A stretch of 64,000 bases of DNA from Candidatus Bathyarchaeota archaeon (GCA_963832745.1 CAWHVC010000004.1:1-64000); one strand, 5' to 3'. Counted from the stretch's first letter, positions 19,134 through 29,846 are shown. Notes: generated by a model not told the origin, from the letters alone. Numbers and translations are program-made.

Positions 19134-20426
19134 ATGAAGATGGCTAAAGAGGTCAAGGAATTCTTGGCGCCAGCAGTTTTGATAGCGTTAATGCTGATTT
19201 CAACCTTTGCAGTTTACCAAATAGTCCCTTTTGAAGCCGAAGCCAAAGCTAATCCAAACGTGAACGTTGGAGTCGCTTTCTGCGGAAACAACACTGCAGA
19301 GGCTAAACTGCTTATCGACAAAACAAAAGACTACACAAACCTCTTCGTTTTAGACTCAGGCGGCGGCTTAATCAGCCAAAACCGCACCCAAATTGAAGAG
19401 ATCTGCGACTATGCTGTTTCTCAGGGGCTGAAAGTAATCGTTAACCTTGGAACCATCTACACGGACAGTTGGTTCTGGAAAACAAGACCCATAAACAATG
19501 TTACTGACAGTTGGCAGCAACGTTGGGGCGACAAGTTCCTTGGAATATACTACAATGATGAACCAGCTGGGATTCAACTTGACGGCAACTGGACAGACTG
19601 GTTTAACCGTTACAACGCCAGCCTAAACCTGATAGACCACCCAACCGCACAGTTGCTTGACGAAATCTTTGCAAAAAGAGAAGCACAAAGAATCAACGGT
19701 ACCCAACCAGCCGATTATAACGCGGAAGCTGAACTTTTCGTCCAAGGCGTCATACGGGAAGACCCGGGGCTTGCATTGCTTAAAAACACGAGTGTTAACC
19801 TTTTTACTGCTGATTACTGTCTACACTGGTTTGATTATCTTGGCGGCTATGATACCATGTTTGCTGAACTGGGATGGAACAGCAGTGTCACTCAACAAAT
19901 CAGCCTTGTAAAAGGTGCCGCACGGCTTCAAAATAAAACTTGGGGCACAATAGTCACTTGGAAGTATGACCAGCCGCCTTACCTTGGTAGTGGACAAGAA
20001 GTTTATGACCAGATGCTTGAGTCCTACGAGGCAGGCGCAGACTACATTGTTATCTTCAATTATCCAATCCTTGGCAACTTAGGCGTGATGAAAAGTGAGC
20101 ATTTTGTTGCGCTTAGAAACTTTTGGAATGACATTACCACTAAAAAGTTTGAGGATTTAAGCCAACCGGAAGCTGTGCTTGTTTTGCCAAGCAATTATGG
20201 CTGGGGAATACGGCATCAAACTGATAATATTTGGGGTTTCTATCCACCTGACGTTAAAGCCCCTTTGGTTGGGAACGCCATGGATACGTTGCTGGCACGG
20301 TATGGGGCAAGCTTGGATATTGTTTATGATGACCCAGCCTACCCAGTGTCGACGGGCGGCTACAGTAACGTGTATTACTGGAACCAAACACTTCAAACCA
20401 ACACCAACCTATTAGGATCCAAATAG
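19134..20426 (+). CDS. Secreted hypothetical protein, glycoside-hydrolase-like barrel
   Basis: Signal anchor; GIYYNDEP motif; aromatic-rich; fold is inferred. Confidence 0.65.
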   Translation: MKMAKEVKEFLAPAVLIALMLISTFAVYQIVPFEAEAKANPNVNVGVAFCGNNTAEAKLLIDKTKDYTNLFVLDSGGGLISQNRTQIEEICDYAVSQGLKVIVNLGTIYTDSWFWKTRPINNVTDSWQQRWGDKFLGIYYNDEPAGIQLDGNWTDWFNRYNASLNLIDHPTAQLLDEIFAKREAQRINGTQPADYNAEAELFVQGVIREDPGLALLKNTSVNLFTADYCLHWFDYLGGYDTMFAELGWNSSVTQQISLVKGAARLQNKTWGTIVTWKYDQPPYLGSGQEVYDQMLESYEAGADYIVIFNYPILGNLGVMKSEHFVALRNFWNDITTKKFEDLSQPEAVLVLPSNYGWGIRHQTDNIWGFYPPDVKAPLVGNAMDTLLARYGASLDIVYDDPAYPVSTGGYSNVYYWNQTLQTNTNLLGSK

Positions 20427-20460
20427 CAGATCAATGCAAAAACCTGTAGGAGGCAGGTCG
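20402..20460 (-). repeat. Dispersed repeat copy A
   Basis: Reverse complement GACCTGCCTCCTACAGGTTTTTGCATTGATCTGCTATTTGGATCCTAATAGGTTGGTG matches 35993-36060. Confidence 0.8.
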
Positions 20461-20499
20461 GTTCGGCGCTTTTTTTTCGTTAATATGTTGAAAAACAGG

Positions 20500-21081
20500 T
20501 TATGTAGTTCCAAAATCGCCAAGAGTCCTTTGAGGCGTCTCCTTGGAATTAAACAGTGGATACGTAACTTTTGTGCCCTCCACATGTGCCAACTCATTAA
20601 GCTGATGCGGTATAGCGTCGCCTTTGCTGATTATATGAAGAACCTTCACGTGCCGAACAACTAAGGCATCGCTGATGAGGTTTCGGTGGCAACGCCAAGG
20701 CAAAGCTTCTGCGCACATAATCGCCAAACAATTCTCTTTAGCTAAAACGACAAGTTTTAGCAGGTTCTCGGTGAATTCTTTGGTTTGCATGTAATCAGCA
20801 TATCCGCGAAAACTACTGTTTTCTAAGGCAAGGTTGATGGAGTCCCTTTTTGGATGACGAAACCCGCCGATGTCTGGCAATGGTAGATATTTTATGCCGT
20901 ATGGTTTTAAGGTGTTTGGCAAGGTTTCCTTGTTAAATTGCGGGTTATGTCGGCTGCGAGGCACTGTTCGAACATCAACAAGAAGGGTGATGCTGTATGC
21001 TTTTAGAATCTCAATAAACTCTTCAATTGAGCGTGTTGAGTGCCCAACTGTATAGATAGTTAACTCCTGCCGTTCAGACAA
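20500..21081 (-). CDS. DUF488 family protein
   Basis: IYTVGHSTR, LVDVRTVPRSR, MCAEALPWRCHR. Confidence 0.92.
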   Translation of the reverse strand: MSERQELTIYTVGHSTRSIEEFIEILKAYSITLLVDVRTVPRSRHNPQFNKETLPNTLKPYGIKYLPLPDIGGFRHPKRDSINLALENSSFRGYADYMQTKEFTENLLKLVVLAKENCLAIMCAEALPWRCHRNLISDALVVRHVKVLHIISKGDAIPHQLNELAHVEGTKVTYPLFNSKETPQRTLGDFGTT

Positions 21082-21184
21082 ACCCTTTCACACAACTTAC
21101 TCTTTCACACGATTATACAGAAGATTAAGCCTTAAGTTTTTTCGCCTCTAGCGAAATTTGGGATTAAATTTATAAATTCAGTCA

Positions 21185-21571
21185 GTGTGGTTAATGATTA
21201 ACAGGCGAACACTTGTGTCGATTACAGCCGAATTCAAGGGTTTAAACAGGCCAGAACAGCTTTCAACCGTGTTCTATATTGTTTCAGGCATATTCTTGTT
21301 GGCATTGTTACCTTTCTCAAGCTTTGCACCACACGTAGCCTTGATCGGCATATTTAGCTTAATAACAGGCTCCATCGTGTTAGTTAAAAATAGTTGGACA
21401 GGATGGTTTGTGGCAGTGCAGTTCATCACTGTTATGGCCTTTGCGTTTTGGACCATTTTCGCTTTAGGCTCAGGCAACTGGGCTGTAACCGCAGTTTTAG
21501 CAGCCTACATTGCTTTAGATGTGGTTGCCACGTTGTGCCTTACAATTTGGCGCAAAACAGGCAGCTTCTAA
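21185..21571 (+). CDS. Small membrane protein
   Basis: Four hydrophobic segments. Confidence 0.7.
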   Translation: MWLMINRRTLVSITAEFKGLNRPEQLSTVFYIVSGIFLLALLPFSSFAPHVALIGIFSLITGSIVLVKNSWTGWFVAVQFITVMAFAFWTIFALGSGNWAVTAVLAAYIALDVVATLCLTIWRKTGSF

Positions 21572-22806
21572 ACTGGCCTAAACAGTCTAACAGCCACTTC
21601 TTCATCCTTGTTTACGTACTGCTGATTTTCCGGAACCTCAACAAACCCGTCAGCATCAGTCAAAGTTGTAATCGCTCCAGACGCGCCAGCCACAGGTTCA
21701 GCAACTAAACGGCACTTCTCAACATCTAAAACAAGCCGCACCATAACAAATGTTCGTCTACCCTTTGCCGAAAACAGTTTTGCTCCAGTAAACGCCCTAA
21801 TCGACCGCATTTCGCTGGGGATTCTGCCGCAAAGACGCTGAATAACAGGTCTCACCAGCAAATAGAACATCATCAAAGCTGCTGTTGGATTACCGGGTAA
21901 CGAAAAGATTGGTTTGTCCTGTGCGAAAGAGACGGTTGTGGGTTTTCCCGGTTTTACTGCTACTCCGTAAACGACCACGCCGGGTTTACCCAGGGAATCA
22001 ACAATCTGTGGGGTATAATCTCGGGGTCCAACGGAGACTCCGCCTGAGGTAATCACAACATCCGCCGAAGACAAAGCAGTTGCCAAAGTTTTGCTTAAAG
22101 ATTCTTTATCGTCAGGGACTACGCCGAAAAAAACTGGTTTTGCCCCGCTTTCGATAACCGCTGTGCTTAAACTGTAAGCGTTAATGTCAAAGATTTTTCC
22201 TGCAGGCAACGGTTTTCCAGGTTCTGTAACTTCACTGCCGGTAGATAACACGGCAACCATTGGAGGTTTAAAGCAGCGAGCTTTAGTTAAGCCTAAAGCG
22301 GCCAAAACACCGATTTCTGAAGCACCCAAAACTTGTCCTGCACGAAGAACTATTTCCCCATTTTTGATGTCAGAGCCTTTCTTCATAACGTTCATGTTTG
22401 GCGTTACAGCGGCGTAGACTTGCAGTTGCTCATCCACCCTCTCAGCATCCTCAATCATTACAACAGCGTCAGCACCTTCAGGCAAATGAGCCCCAGTAAC
22501 AATCTCGACAGCTTCACCTCTACCCAAAACCATTTTGGGCTGCTCGCCAGCAAGAATCATTCCAGAAATCTTCAACGTTGCCGGCTGGTTTTCATCTGCG
22601 CCAAACGTTTCTTCTGCCCTAACAGCATAACCGTCAACAGTTGAACGATCAAAAGGTGGAATATCTAAAGAGGAAACAATGTCTTCTTTGAGTACCCTGT
22701 TGTAGGCTTCAAGAAGTGCAACGTCTTCATCGCCTATCTTCGCAGGTTTAAAGTTTTCATCTATCGTTTTCTTTGCTTCATCCAGAGTCATAAGTTTACG
22801 GAACAT
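21568..22806 (-). CDS. moeA: Molybdopterin molybdotransferase MoeA
   Basis: PPFDRSTVDGYAV, SGGVSVG, KPGKP, LPGNP. Confidence 0.95.
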   Translation of the reverse strand: MFRKLMTLDEAKKTIDENFKPAKIGDEDVALLEAYNRVLKEDIVSSLDIPPFDRSTVDGYAVRAEETFGADENQPATLKISGMILAGEQPKMVLGRGEAVEIVTGAHLPEGADAVVMIEDAERVDEQLQVYAAVTPNMNVMKKGSDIKNGEIVLRAGQVLGASEIGVLAALGLTKARCFKPPMVAVLSTGSEVTEPGKPLPAGKIFDINAYSLSTAVIESGAKPVFFGVVPDDKESLSKTLATALSSADVVITSGGVSVGPRDYTPQIVDSLGKPGVVVYGVAVKPGKPTTVSFAQDKPIFSLPGNPTAALMMFYLLVRPVIQRLCGRIPSEMRSIRAFTGAKLFSAKGRRTFVMVRLVLDVEKCRLVAEPVAGASGAITTLTDADGFVEVPENQQYVNKDEEVAVRLFRPV

Positions 22807-24071
22807 TACTCTTCAACCTCTAGGTTGCCAAACATTTGAACCATAACGTTTTCGCCTTCCTTTAAGCCTTCACGGTTCTCAGGAATAACAACATAACCAT
22901 TACTTTGAGTCATAGTAGATATTGAACTTGGACCCTTCGCGCTAACAGGTTCAACAAGCAACTCGCCCGCCTCAAGCTTTACAAGAACTCTAACGTAGGT
23001 TCGTCTACCCAAAGTGCTAGATACTTTACGAGCCATAACTGCTTTTAACATTGGACGCTTTTCAGTCTTGTTTAACCCTAAAAGCCGACAAACCGCTGGC
23101 CTGCCAAAAACTTCAAAACCAATAATAGACGCAACTGGATTACCTGACAAAATCATAACCGGCTTATCATCCAGCACTGCGACACCTGTGGGCATGGCAG
23201 GTTTTAAGGCTAAACCGTGAGCAATAACGCCCGGTTTACCAACTCTGTTAACCGCGTCTGGTACAAGGTCTAGACCGCCAACACTTGTTCCGCCCGTAGT
23301 GATTAAAGCGTCAGCGTCTTTGAGCGCTTTACAAATTTTTTCCATTATTTCATCCATGGTGTCTTTGGCTATTCCACAGTTGATTGTTTCTGCACCAAGT
23401 TCTTGGCACATTGTAGAAAGCGTGATTTTGTTTGAATCAAAAATTTGATGCTCACCCGCTTTTGTGCCTACCGAAGTAATTTCGTTTCCTGTGGCAAGTA
23501 TGGCGATTCTGGGCTTTTTGTAAACCTGCAATTGGCTATATCCTAAAGCGGCGGCTAAACCTATTTGGTATGGATTTAAGCGTGTGCCTTCTTTGGCTAT
23601 GATTTGACCTTTTTTGACGTCTTCGCCGTGTCGTATAATATTGACGCCGGGAGTCAGTGGGCTATAAATTTCCAGAACGCTGGCTTCACGGTTAGTGTTT
23701 TCAAGCATCACAACAGCGTTTGCACCTTTGGGGATGGGATTGCCTGTCCAAACCTGCTTTGCTTGCCCAGTCACTACTTCACTAGTTTCGACTACCGCAA
23801 GTTTAACAGGTGTGGATTGCGAAGCGTCTATGGAATCTTCATATCTAACAGCATAACCATCCATTGCGGAACGGTCAAAACGAGGCAAATCATCCTGTGC
23901 AACAATGTCTTCGGCTAAAACTCGACCGTAAACGTCAGCAACTGGCAACGTTATCTGCTTTGGCTTTTTTGTTGACCAAGCTTCCAACCAATTCTTGAGT
24001 GCCTCATCGGTGCTTGTTAACGTTTGAAAACCTTTTAGTTTCACCAACACAATCCGCTTCCAAATAGGCAA
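22806..24071 (-). CDS. moeA: Molybdopterin molybdotransferase MoeA (second paralog)
   Basis: PRFDRSAMDGYAV, TGGTSVG, LSGNP; true start possibly near 24047. Confidence 0.93.
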   Translation of the reverse strand: MPIWKRIVLVKLKGFQTLTSTDEALKNWLEAWSTKKPKQITLPVADVYGRVLAEDIVAQDDLPRFDRSAMDGYAVRYEDSIDASQSTPVKLAVVETSEVVTGQAKQVWTGNPIPKGANAVVMLENTNREASVLEIYSPLTPGVNIIRHGEDVKKGQIIAKEGTRLNPYQIGLAAALGYSQLQVYKKPRIAILATGNEITSVGTKAGEHQIFDSNKITLSTMCQELGAETINCGIAKDTMDEIMEKICKALKDADALITTGGTSVGGLDLVPDAVNRVGKPGVIAHGLALKPAMPTGVAVLDDKPVMILSGNPVASIIGFEVFGRPAVCRLLGLNKTEKRPMLKAVMARKVSSTLGRRTYVRVLVKLEAGELLVEPVSAKGPSSISTMTQSNGYVVIPENREGLKEGENVMVQMFGNLEVEE

Positions 24072-24147
24072 TATCCGACTTTACATTAAAAACATATCGA
24101 ACAGTAAACAATTAATCGATAACCTAAAAAAGTTAAGATTAAAGAAA

Positions 24148-24912
24148 TTAGGGTTTGATTGTTTTCATGATGTTTTCAAAACGTGTATTGCTTATTGGGT
24201 GGTAGCTGAGGATTTTTCCGTTGTAAATTATGCAGAATGAGCCGAACGCGCATGGTGACTGCTGGGCGGATTCGGCATCATTCAAGTCAACAAGCCGTGG
24301 TTTTAGGTTTAGTTTTTCAGCGGTTTTCATTATAGCCTCGACATTCTTGACTGAATAGGGGCACTGCGGTGAACGCATTATCGTTAAACCATCTCCATAG
24401 GCGGCGGGGTCTAATTTTTTGAATTTGGGATTATCTGCTTTATCGTCAAATTTTAGGGCTAACAATTCAAAATCAAGCGGTGCTTCATCAACCACAACAA
24501 AGCCCTTCTTTACGAAAATATCCTTCTTAGCCATGAACGGGCCTTTCCGTGTGACAACCGCGACTCCCTTCATGCCCAAGGTTTTTGCTTCGTTAATACA
24601 TTCCTCGATTAACGCTGTTGCGTAGCCTTTATGTTTAAACTCGTTTTTGAACCCCACAAACACACAGTGAATAAACATGTAACCGTCCGCAGTTACTGGT
24701 CGGTGGGCGTATTTGCCGGGGATATATTCAAGCATTCCTTGATAGCCGCCTTTATCGGCAAGAACAACTTTAATCCTTAAACCCTTAGGATAATACGTTT
24801 TAAACCAGTCAATCTTGCGTCTTAACTCCAACTGCTTCTTGAAGTCTTTGTAACCGCAAACACCATAATCCGCAATATTGTCGGGAGTAAGATCAATAAT
24901 TTTTGCATCAAT
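24148..24912 (-). CDS. YoaP-like GNAT acetyltransferase (probable ATT start at 24912)
   Basis: EYIPGKYAHRP, KGYATALIEECI, QCPY, SPCAFG; frame open upstream as IDAKIIDLTPDNIADYGVCGYKD. Confidence 0.8.
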   Translation of the reverse strand: MDAKIIDLTPDNIADYGVCGYKDFKKQLELRRKIDWFKTYYPKGLRIKVVLADKGGYQGMLEYIPGKYAHRPVTADGYMFIHCVFVGFKNEFKHKGYATALIEECINEAKTLGMKGVAVVTRKGPFMAKKDIFVKKGFVVVDEAPLDFELLALKFDDKADNPKFKKLDPAAYGDGLTIMRSPQCPYSVKNVEAIMKTAEKLNLKPRLVDLNDAESAQQSPCAFGSFCIIYNGKILSYHPISNTRFENIMKTIKP

Positions 24913-24985
24913 AAGTCTTTGTGTTCATGGATAAACCAACAACTCCAATAAATTAAAAATCTAAATAAAGTTTACCAAACAAGCC

Positions 24986-25882
24986 TTAGCCCAGTTTTTG
25001 TTGTCCACTTGTTTTAACTTCTTTACCTTCCAGTACATCCTTGAGGATTTTTTGCATTCTCAAAGCGTCAATGTCCAAAATGGGAGATTCACAAATCATT
25101 GTTGGGTGCATTTTAAATTCAACGAGGACTTTTGCTAACAACTCAAATTCGGGTCCATACCGAGGCTCATCAAGCGTATGATGTTTCCGTTCACCCTGGC
25201 TTCCAAACTCGATTTTTGAAAAGTGACAATGCATGCCACGGAGCACTTCTGTTCCAAGTGTTGCTTCAATCTTTTCAGCTACCGCCCTAACATCCTCAAG
25301 CCTGCGGAAAGTACCCAAATTCCTTGCATGCAAGTGACCCCAATCAACAACCAACTTTGTGCCTTCGACTTCCTGACAAATAGTCATTATTTCTTCTATA
25401 CTGCCAACTTGGAATTTTCTGCCCATAGTTTCTGGTCCAAGTTTAACTTTTAAGCCCATATCTTTGATGGCTTGGCTGACCTCTTTTAGGGCTTTAACGC
25501 ATCCTTTAAACGCAAAGCTTTTTTCGAATTTCCCGTAGAAACCCGTATGAAAAACAATTACGGACGCGCCCATCCAGTCTGCCGCTGTTGCCCCAGCAAT
25601 TAAACGGTCTTTACTGGCTTGAATAACATCATCCTTCCCAGCGAAGTTAATGAAATACGAGCCGTGAATGCTTAAACGTACATCATGTCTTTTTGCTTCG
25701 GCACCGAGCTTTTCTGCGTCTTCTTTTCTTATTTGCGGTTTAGCGCCCCATCTTGAAGCCTGGTATTCAAAAGCGTCAAGGCCTTCTTCTCTCAGCAGTC
25801 CAGGGACATCATACATTTTTGCTTTAAGCAGCCTAAATGTTGGCGGTACTCCCGCGGGCCCGAATCGGGTTTGCTCTGCCAT
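24986..25882 (-). CDS. nfo: Endonuclease IV-like TIM-barrel protein
   Basis: RFGPAG, SIHGSYFIN, GPETMG, DWGHLHAR, HCHFSKIE. Confidence 0.88.
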   Translation of the reverse strand: MAEQTRFGPAGVPPTFRLLKAKMYDVPGLLREEGLDAFEYQASRWGAKPQIRKEDAEKLGAEAKRHDVRLSIHGSYFINFAGKDDVIQASKDRLIAGATAADWMGASVIVFHTGFYGKFEKSFAFKGCVKALKEVSQAIKDMGLKVKLGPETMGRKFQVGSIEEIMTICQEVEGTKLVVDWGHLHARNLGTFRRLEDVRAVAEKIEATLGTEVLRGMHCHFSKIEFGSQGERKHHTLDEPRYGPEFELLAKVLVEFKMHPTMICESPILDIDALRMQKILKDVLEGKEVKTSGQQKLG

Positions 25883-26221
25883 AGTAAAATTCCTTGCACG
25901 TAACAGGGTGTGTTTTGTAATATAGCTTTTTCACTGTTGCATGTTGAGTTTGGATATGGATTTTAACTGCTTAAAAGCTATATTTTGCTTCATGTCTTAC
26001 TTCAACCGATAGATTTAGCGTATTTGCCAAGAAAAACGTGCGTTCACACAGCAAATCAGCAGTCTGCTAAACACCCGTATAGCATAAAATGGCTTGTATG
26101 TACATCTTTCGACTCATTGACATAAGAAAAACTTAAAAAAGTGTACATAACAAGTAATGGCACCCGAATCTTAACATCAACTCCTAATCGCGATGTAAGA
26201 AAAATAAAGAATTGGTTTGAA

Positions 26222-27199
26222 ATGGCTGAAAGTGAGAAAAAACCAGTAACTTCGATTAACGGCGATTACAATATACAGGCGTTAATAAGCAAATTCGTTA
26301 ATGGACAAGTAACCAGTTTAGAACCTGCATATTCCATAAAAAATGGGTATCATTATCCACTTGTTGAAGAAATCCTTGGAGACAAAACACAAGTCCAGCC
26401 ATTCCTAAACAAGCTTACTGAATTAGGAATTATTGAAAAGAAAATTTTTGACAAAACCATTTCATGTCCCCAATGCAAATCGCACAACCTGACTTTCAGG
26501 TATTGTTGCCCATTCTGCAAATCTTTTAATATCCAAAAAAGTAGCCTCATTGAACACATTAAATGCGGCTACATGGATTTAGAAACAAAGTTTTTACAAA
26601 ACGGCAAATTAGTTTGCCCTAAATGTCGTCAGGAACTTAAAAAGCTTGATGGTGACTATCGAAAAGCCGGTGTATGGTGCTCCTGCAAAGACTGCAACAA
26701 AAGTTTTGATATTCCAGTTCCTGAGCATTTCTGCAAGGACTGCCATGAAGTATCCACTTTTGAAGACGCCACCATTGACGATGTGTACGCTTACACTTTG
26801 AAAGCTAACATTAAAGCTGAAACATCACTAAACTGGTATCTATCCTCAGCTGTAAGTAATTTACTTGCTAAGCAAGGATTAAAAGTTGAAACTTCTATGG
26901 TAGTCAAAGGCAAATCAGGCGCCAACCACACTTTCGACATTGTAGCCTACAATGCAGACGCTTCAAGAATAACAGTAATTGACGTTTCAACTGCCGAAAA
27001 CAGCGTTTCAGAACAACCTATAATCGCGTTGTTCGCAAAAATTTTTGATGTTTCCCCAGAAAAAGCTTACCTCATAGCTGTACCCAAACTAAACGAGAAC
27101 GCCAAAAAGATGGCTGAACTCTATAACATTAAAGCAGTGGAAGCAAAGAATCCCGACGAAGCAGTTGCCGCCTTAAAAGAAAGAATGAACATAGTTTAA
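26222..27199 (+). CDS. TackOD1-like multi-zinc-finger protein with C-terminal restriction-endonuclease-like domain
   Basis: CPQC, CPFC, EHIKCGY, CPKC, CKDC, CKDC; then GKSGANHTFDIV. Confidence 0.75.
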   Translation: MAESEKKPVTSINGDYNIQALISKFVNGQVTSLEPAYSIKNGYHYPLVEEILGDKTQVQPFLNKLTELGIIEKKIFDKTISCPQCKSHNLTFRYCCPFCKSFNIQKSSLIEHIKCGYMDLETKFLQNGKLVCPKCRQELKKLDGDYRKAGVWCSCKDCNKSFDIPVPEHFCKDCHEVSTFEDATIDDVYAYTLKANIKAETSLNWYLSSAVSNLLAKQGLKVETSMVVKGKSGANHTFDIVAYNADASRITVIDVSTAENSVSEQPIIALFAKIFDVSPEKAYLIAVPKLNENAKKMAELYNIKAVEAKNPDEAVAALKERMNIV

Positions 27200-27621
27200 A
27201 CTGGCGAGTAAACGGCTGTATTTCCTCTGTCAGTCACTATTTTGGCAAGAGTGTAATCGTTTGGCAGGTTGACGCCGTTTTGTGTGTAAGTGGCGGTTTC
27301 TCCAGGATTAAGGAAAAAGTCAACAGTGTAACGGTAATGGCTTGAAGGATTGATTATCCAAACTGCAACTATGTGCACACTGTTTGGACCAGTATTTTTT
27401 ATTTCAAAACTGGTTGAACCTTTGGCGGGGGTGACGTTTTTTAGGGTAACGTTTTCTTGCATTCGTTGCAGGTCTAAATCGTTCATTTGGTAACTCCACA
27501 GTACCATGTTACCTACAACGGTAACCATTAAGGCGAGACTTAGCATTACCACTATCACGGTGCTTATGCCACGTTTTTGGCGACGGAACAACTTAAGGTG
27601 CTTTGTAGCTGCCTGCAACAT
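27196..27621 (-). CDS. Type IV pilin-like protein
   Basis: Class III signal peptide KRG/ISTVIVVMLSLAL. Confidence 0.8.
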   Translation of the reverse strand: MLQAATKHLKLFRRQKRGISTVIVVMLSLALMVTVVGNMVLWSYQMNDLDLQRMQENVTLKNVTPAKGSTSFEIKNTGPNSVHIVAVWIINPSSHYRYTVDFFLNPGETATYTQNGVNLPNDYTLAKIVTDRGNTAVYSPV

Positions 27622-28012
27622 GGTTACCTCTGCTTGTTACAACATCAATATAGTACACTTCGCCAGCTTTCCAATCACTAAAGATAACACTCAAAGAGCC
27701 TTCTTCGCCAACTTTAAGGTTGAAAGCTGGATACGGTTGGATTACATGATTAATGTAAACTGCGTCAACCTGAACGTCTACTTTTCCAACGTTATCAAGG
27801 TACAGGTCAACGGTTTTGGTTGCCGAATTAAACCAGACATCTTCAACAGTGACACGTTCCCCCATATTTTGTCTAAGGTCAGTAGTTATAACATACGTCG
27901 CTGAAGTGGCAATGGACATTAACGCAACAGCAACTACCGTAAGCAACAGGTGACTTAGCACTGCCGAAATGGCGCGTTTATCATGGATCAACCGTTTAAA
28001 CAGTCTCATCAT
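27593..28012 (-). CDS. Type IV pilin-like protein
   Basis: Class III signal peptide KRA/ISAVLSHLLLTVVAV. Confidence 0.8.
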   Translation of the reverse strand: MMRLFKRLIHDKRAISAVLSHLLLTVVAVALMSIATSATYVITTDLRQNMGERVTVEDVWFNSATKTVDLYLDNVGKVDVQVDAVYINHVIQPYPAFNLKVGEEGSLSVIFSDWKAGEVYYIDVVTSRGNHVAGSYKAP

Positions 28013-28024
28013 ACTTTTTTTACC

Positions 28025-28876
28025 TCACAGGAAGAATGTTATCGTCAAATAACCCATCAGCATCATTAATACACTATGCTTTAACCCAGCATTGATTGAG
28101 CCTTCACCCATTTTGCCGGCAACTAAACCGCCAAAGAAACCCTGAACAAGCGACAGATGCAGAAAAATCGCCTTTAAATCCGCTGCTGAACTTGCACCAG
28201 TATTAAAAAGTGACAAGCCATCGACGCCTGTAAAGAATGTTTGAAACAGGATTGCAATGGTGAACAGAAACACAAACAGGGCAACGTAAATTATGGCAAT
28301 ATATGGACGCGTCTGGGTTTTACGTTCCTTTTCCAGCAGTAACGTGGTTTGGATGAAACTGCCCATGGGTTCAAACACTTTCTCAACATGTCCACCTGAA
28401 CGTCCGGCTTCAATAATCATTGGCACTGTACGAAGCGCTAAAACTGTTCCGACACGTTTGCCAAACGCTTGCAATGCTTCCTCGAAACTTGCGCCCCAAG
28501 AAATTTGCACCGTCATTTTGCGAAGCTCCCCTGTTAATGGGCCATAATTGCGTTTTGCTGCTTCTTCAAGCGCCTGAGGCAACGTCATGCCGGTTTCTTG
28601 GGCTTGAACAATACTTCGGAAGAGCTCAGGCAACTGGGCATCAACGTTTTTTCTCCAAGTATAATCAATGTAATCCAAGACCGCAAAGGGCGTAATCGCT
28701 AAAACAACGCTGAAAAAGATAAAATTGTCTAAGACTCCGACACCGAAAAGAAGGTAACCGATAACTGACAAAGCCACAGCTGCTAAAACCGACACTGCCA
28801 AGGTGGCTTGTTTTATTTTTTGGTTTATTTTCGGCATTATCATGCTCCTTTTACCATTTCGGCGATACTGAATCAA
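28025..28876 (-). CDS. Pilus platform protein (T2SS F / TadC-like)
   Basis: LPELFRSIVQAQETGMTL, GLVAGKMGEG. Confidence 0.88.
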   Translation of the reverse strand: MIQYRRNGKRSMIMPKINQKIKQATLAVSVLAAVALSVIGYLLFGVGVLDNFIFFSVVLAITPFAVLDYIDYTWRKNVDAQLPELFRSIVQAQETGMTLPQALEEAAKRNYGPLTGELRKMTVQISWGASFEEALQAFGKRVGTVLALRTVPMIIEAGRSGGHVEKVFEPMGSFIQTTLLLEKERKTQTRPYIAIIYVALFVFLFTIAILFQTFFTGVDGLSLFNTGASSAADLKAIFLHLSLVQGFFGGLVAGKMGEGSINAGLKHSVLMMLMGYLTITFFL

Positions 28877-29846
28877 GTATTACAAGAAAGATTAATGCAC
28901 AAACCGGTATTCCTATGAACGTTAGCATGTTTAACAGTGCTTCTGGGGTAAAGACGCCGATAGTTCCGCCGCCCATAACCGACATAATCGACACCATAAT
29001 CGCCAGCAATAACGGTCCAGTGAGCAGTATAGCTACATAAAGCTCGGAAAGCACTGAGAGGTTGTCGGAATATTTTTTGAGACTTAACCGTTTAAGCCGC
29101 ATCGCCGTTTTGAAACGTGTACGTAAAAATGCTCCAAGGTTGCTGCCTGAATGAATCGTCGAAATTACGCCTTCTAGAACGTTTTTCAGTTTATCAGATG
29201 GTGTTCTTGCGGAGGTTTTCTCAAGCGCTGAAACAATGTCGAGCCCAAACAGGTTGACGTCTCGAACGATGTCTTTTGCTTCAAATGACGCTGCTAACGG
29301 TGACTCTAAGGCTGAAATAGATTCGAACATGCGTTCTGGTGGTACGCCGGCGCTTGCAAGAATTGACATGTAACCAGTTAAAAATGGCATCTCATCCTCG
29401 AGTTCACGTTTGCGTTTGTCAGCAAGGTAACTTGGATAAAAATAAAACGCGAAAATTGAAACCGCCCAAGTAAGCATTGCACCACCTACACCGAACAGCA
29501 GCACCGACGTGAATGCCATGTGGAAAACGTAAAACAGTACAAGCGGCAAAACAATCGATACAGGCAAAACAATCAGAAGCGACCCAAACAGGGCTAAGCT
29601 AATGTAGGCTTTGAAGTTGATTTTTAAACCTGACTTGGCAATGTTGCGGTCTAAGCCTTCAAAAAGCGGCATGAACTTGCCTGTTTTATTCCCAATTAAC
29701 CCGTAAGCGTACGCTGAAGGCTTTTCCAGCTGGTTGGTTGGGACATCGTTTAAGTTTTTGGCTTTACCGGCGATAGGCATTTTTAAGGTTTCAAACTTTT
29801 CTTTGACGTCCGCCAGTAAAGTTTTGACCTTACTTTGTCCTCTCAT
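28851..29846 (-). CDS. Pilus platform protein (T2SS F / TadC-like)
   Basis: EMPFLTGYMSILASAG, RTPSDKL. Confidence 0.88.
   Translation of the reverse strand: MRGQSKVKTLLADVKEKFETLKMPIAGKAKNLNDVPTNQLEKPSAYAYGLIGNKTGKFMPLFEGLDRNIAKSGLKINFKAYISLALFGSLLIVLPVSIVLPLVLFYVFHMAFTSVLLFGVGGAMLTWAVSIFAFYFYPSYLADKRKRELEDEMPFLTGYMSILASAGVPPERMFESISALESPLAASFEAKDIVRDVNLFGLDIVSALEKTSARTPSDKLKNVLEGVISTIHSGSNLGAFLRTRFKTAMRLKRLSLKKYSDNLSVLSELYVAILLTGPLLLAIMVSIMSVMGGGTIGVFTPEALLNMLTFIGIPVCALIFLVILDSVSPKW

Noticed and set aside
21568-24071. Tandem moeA duplication
   Set aside because: Two MoeA paralogs are common in archaea
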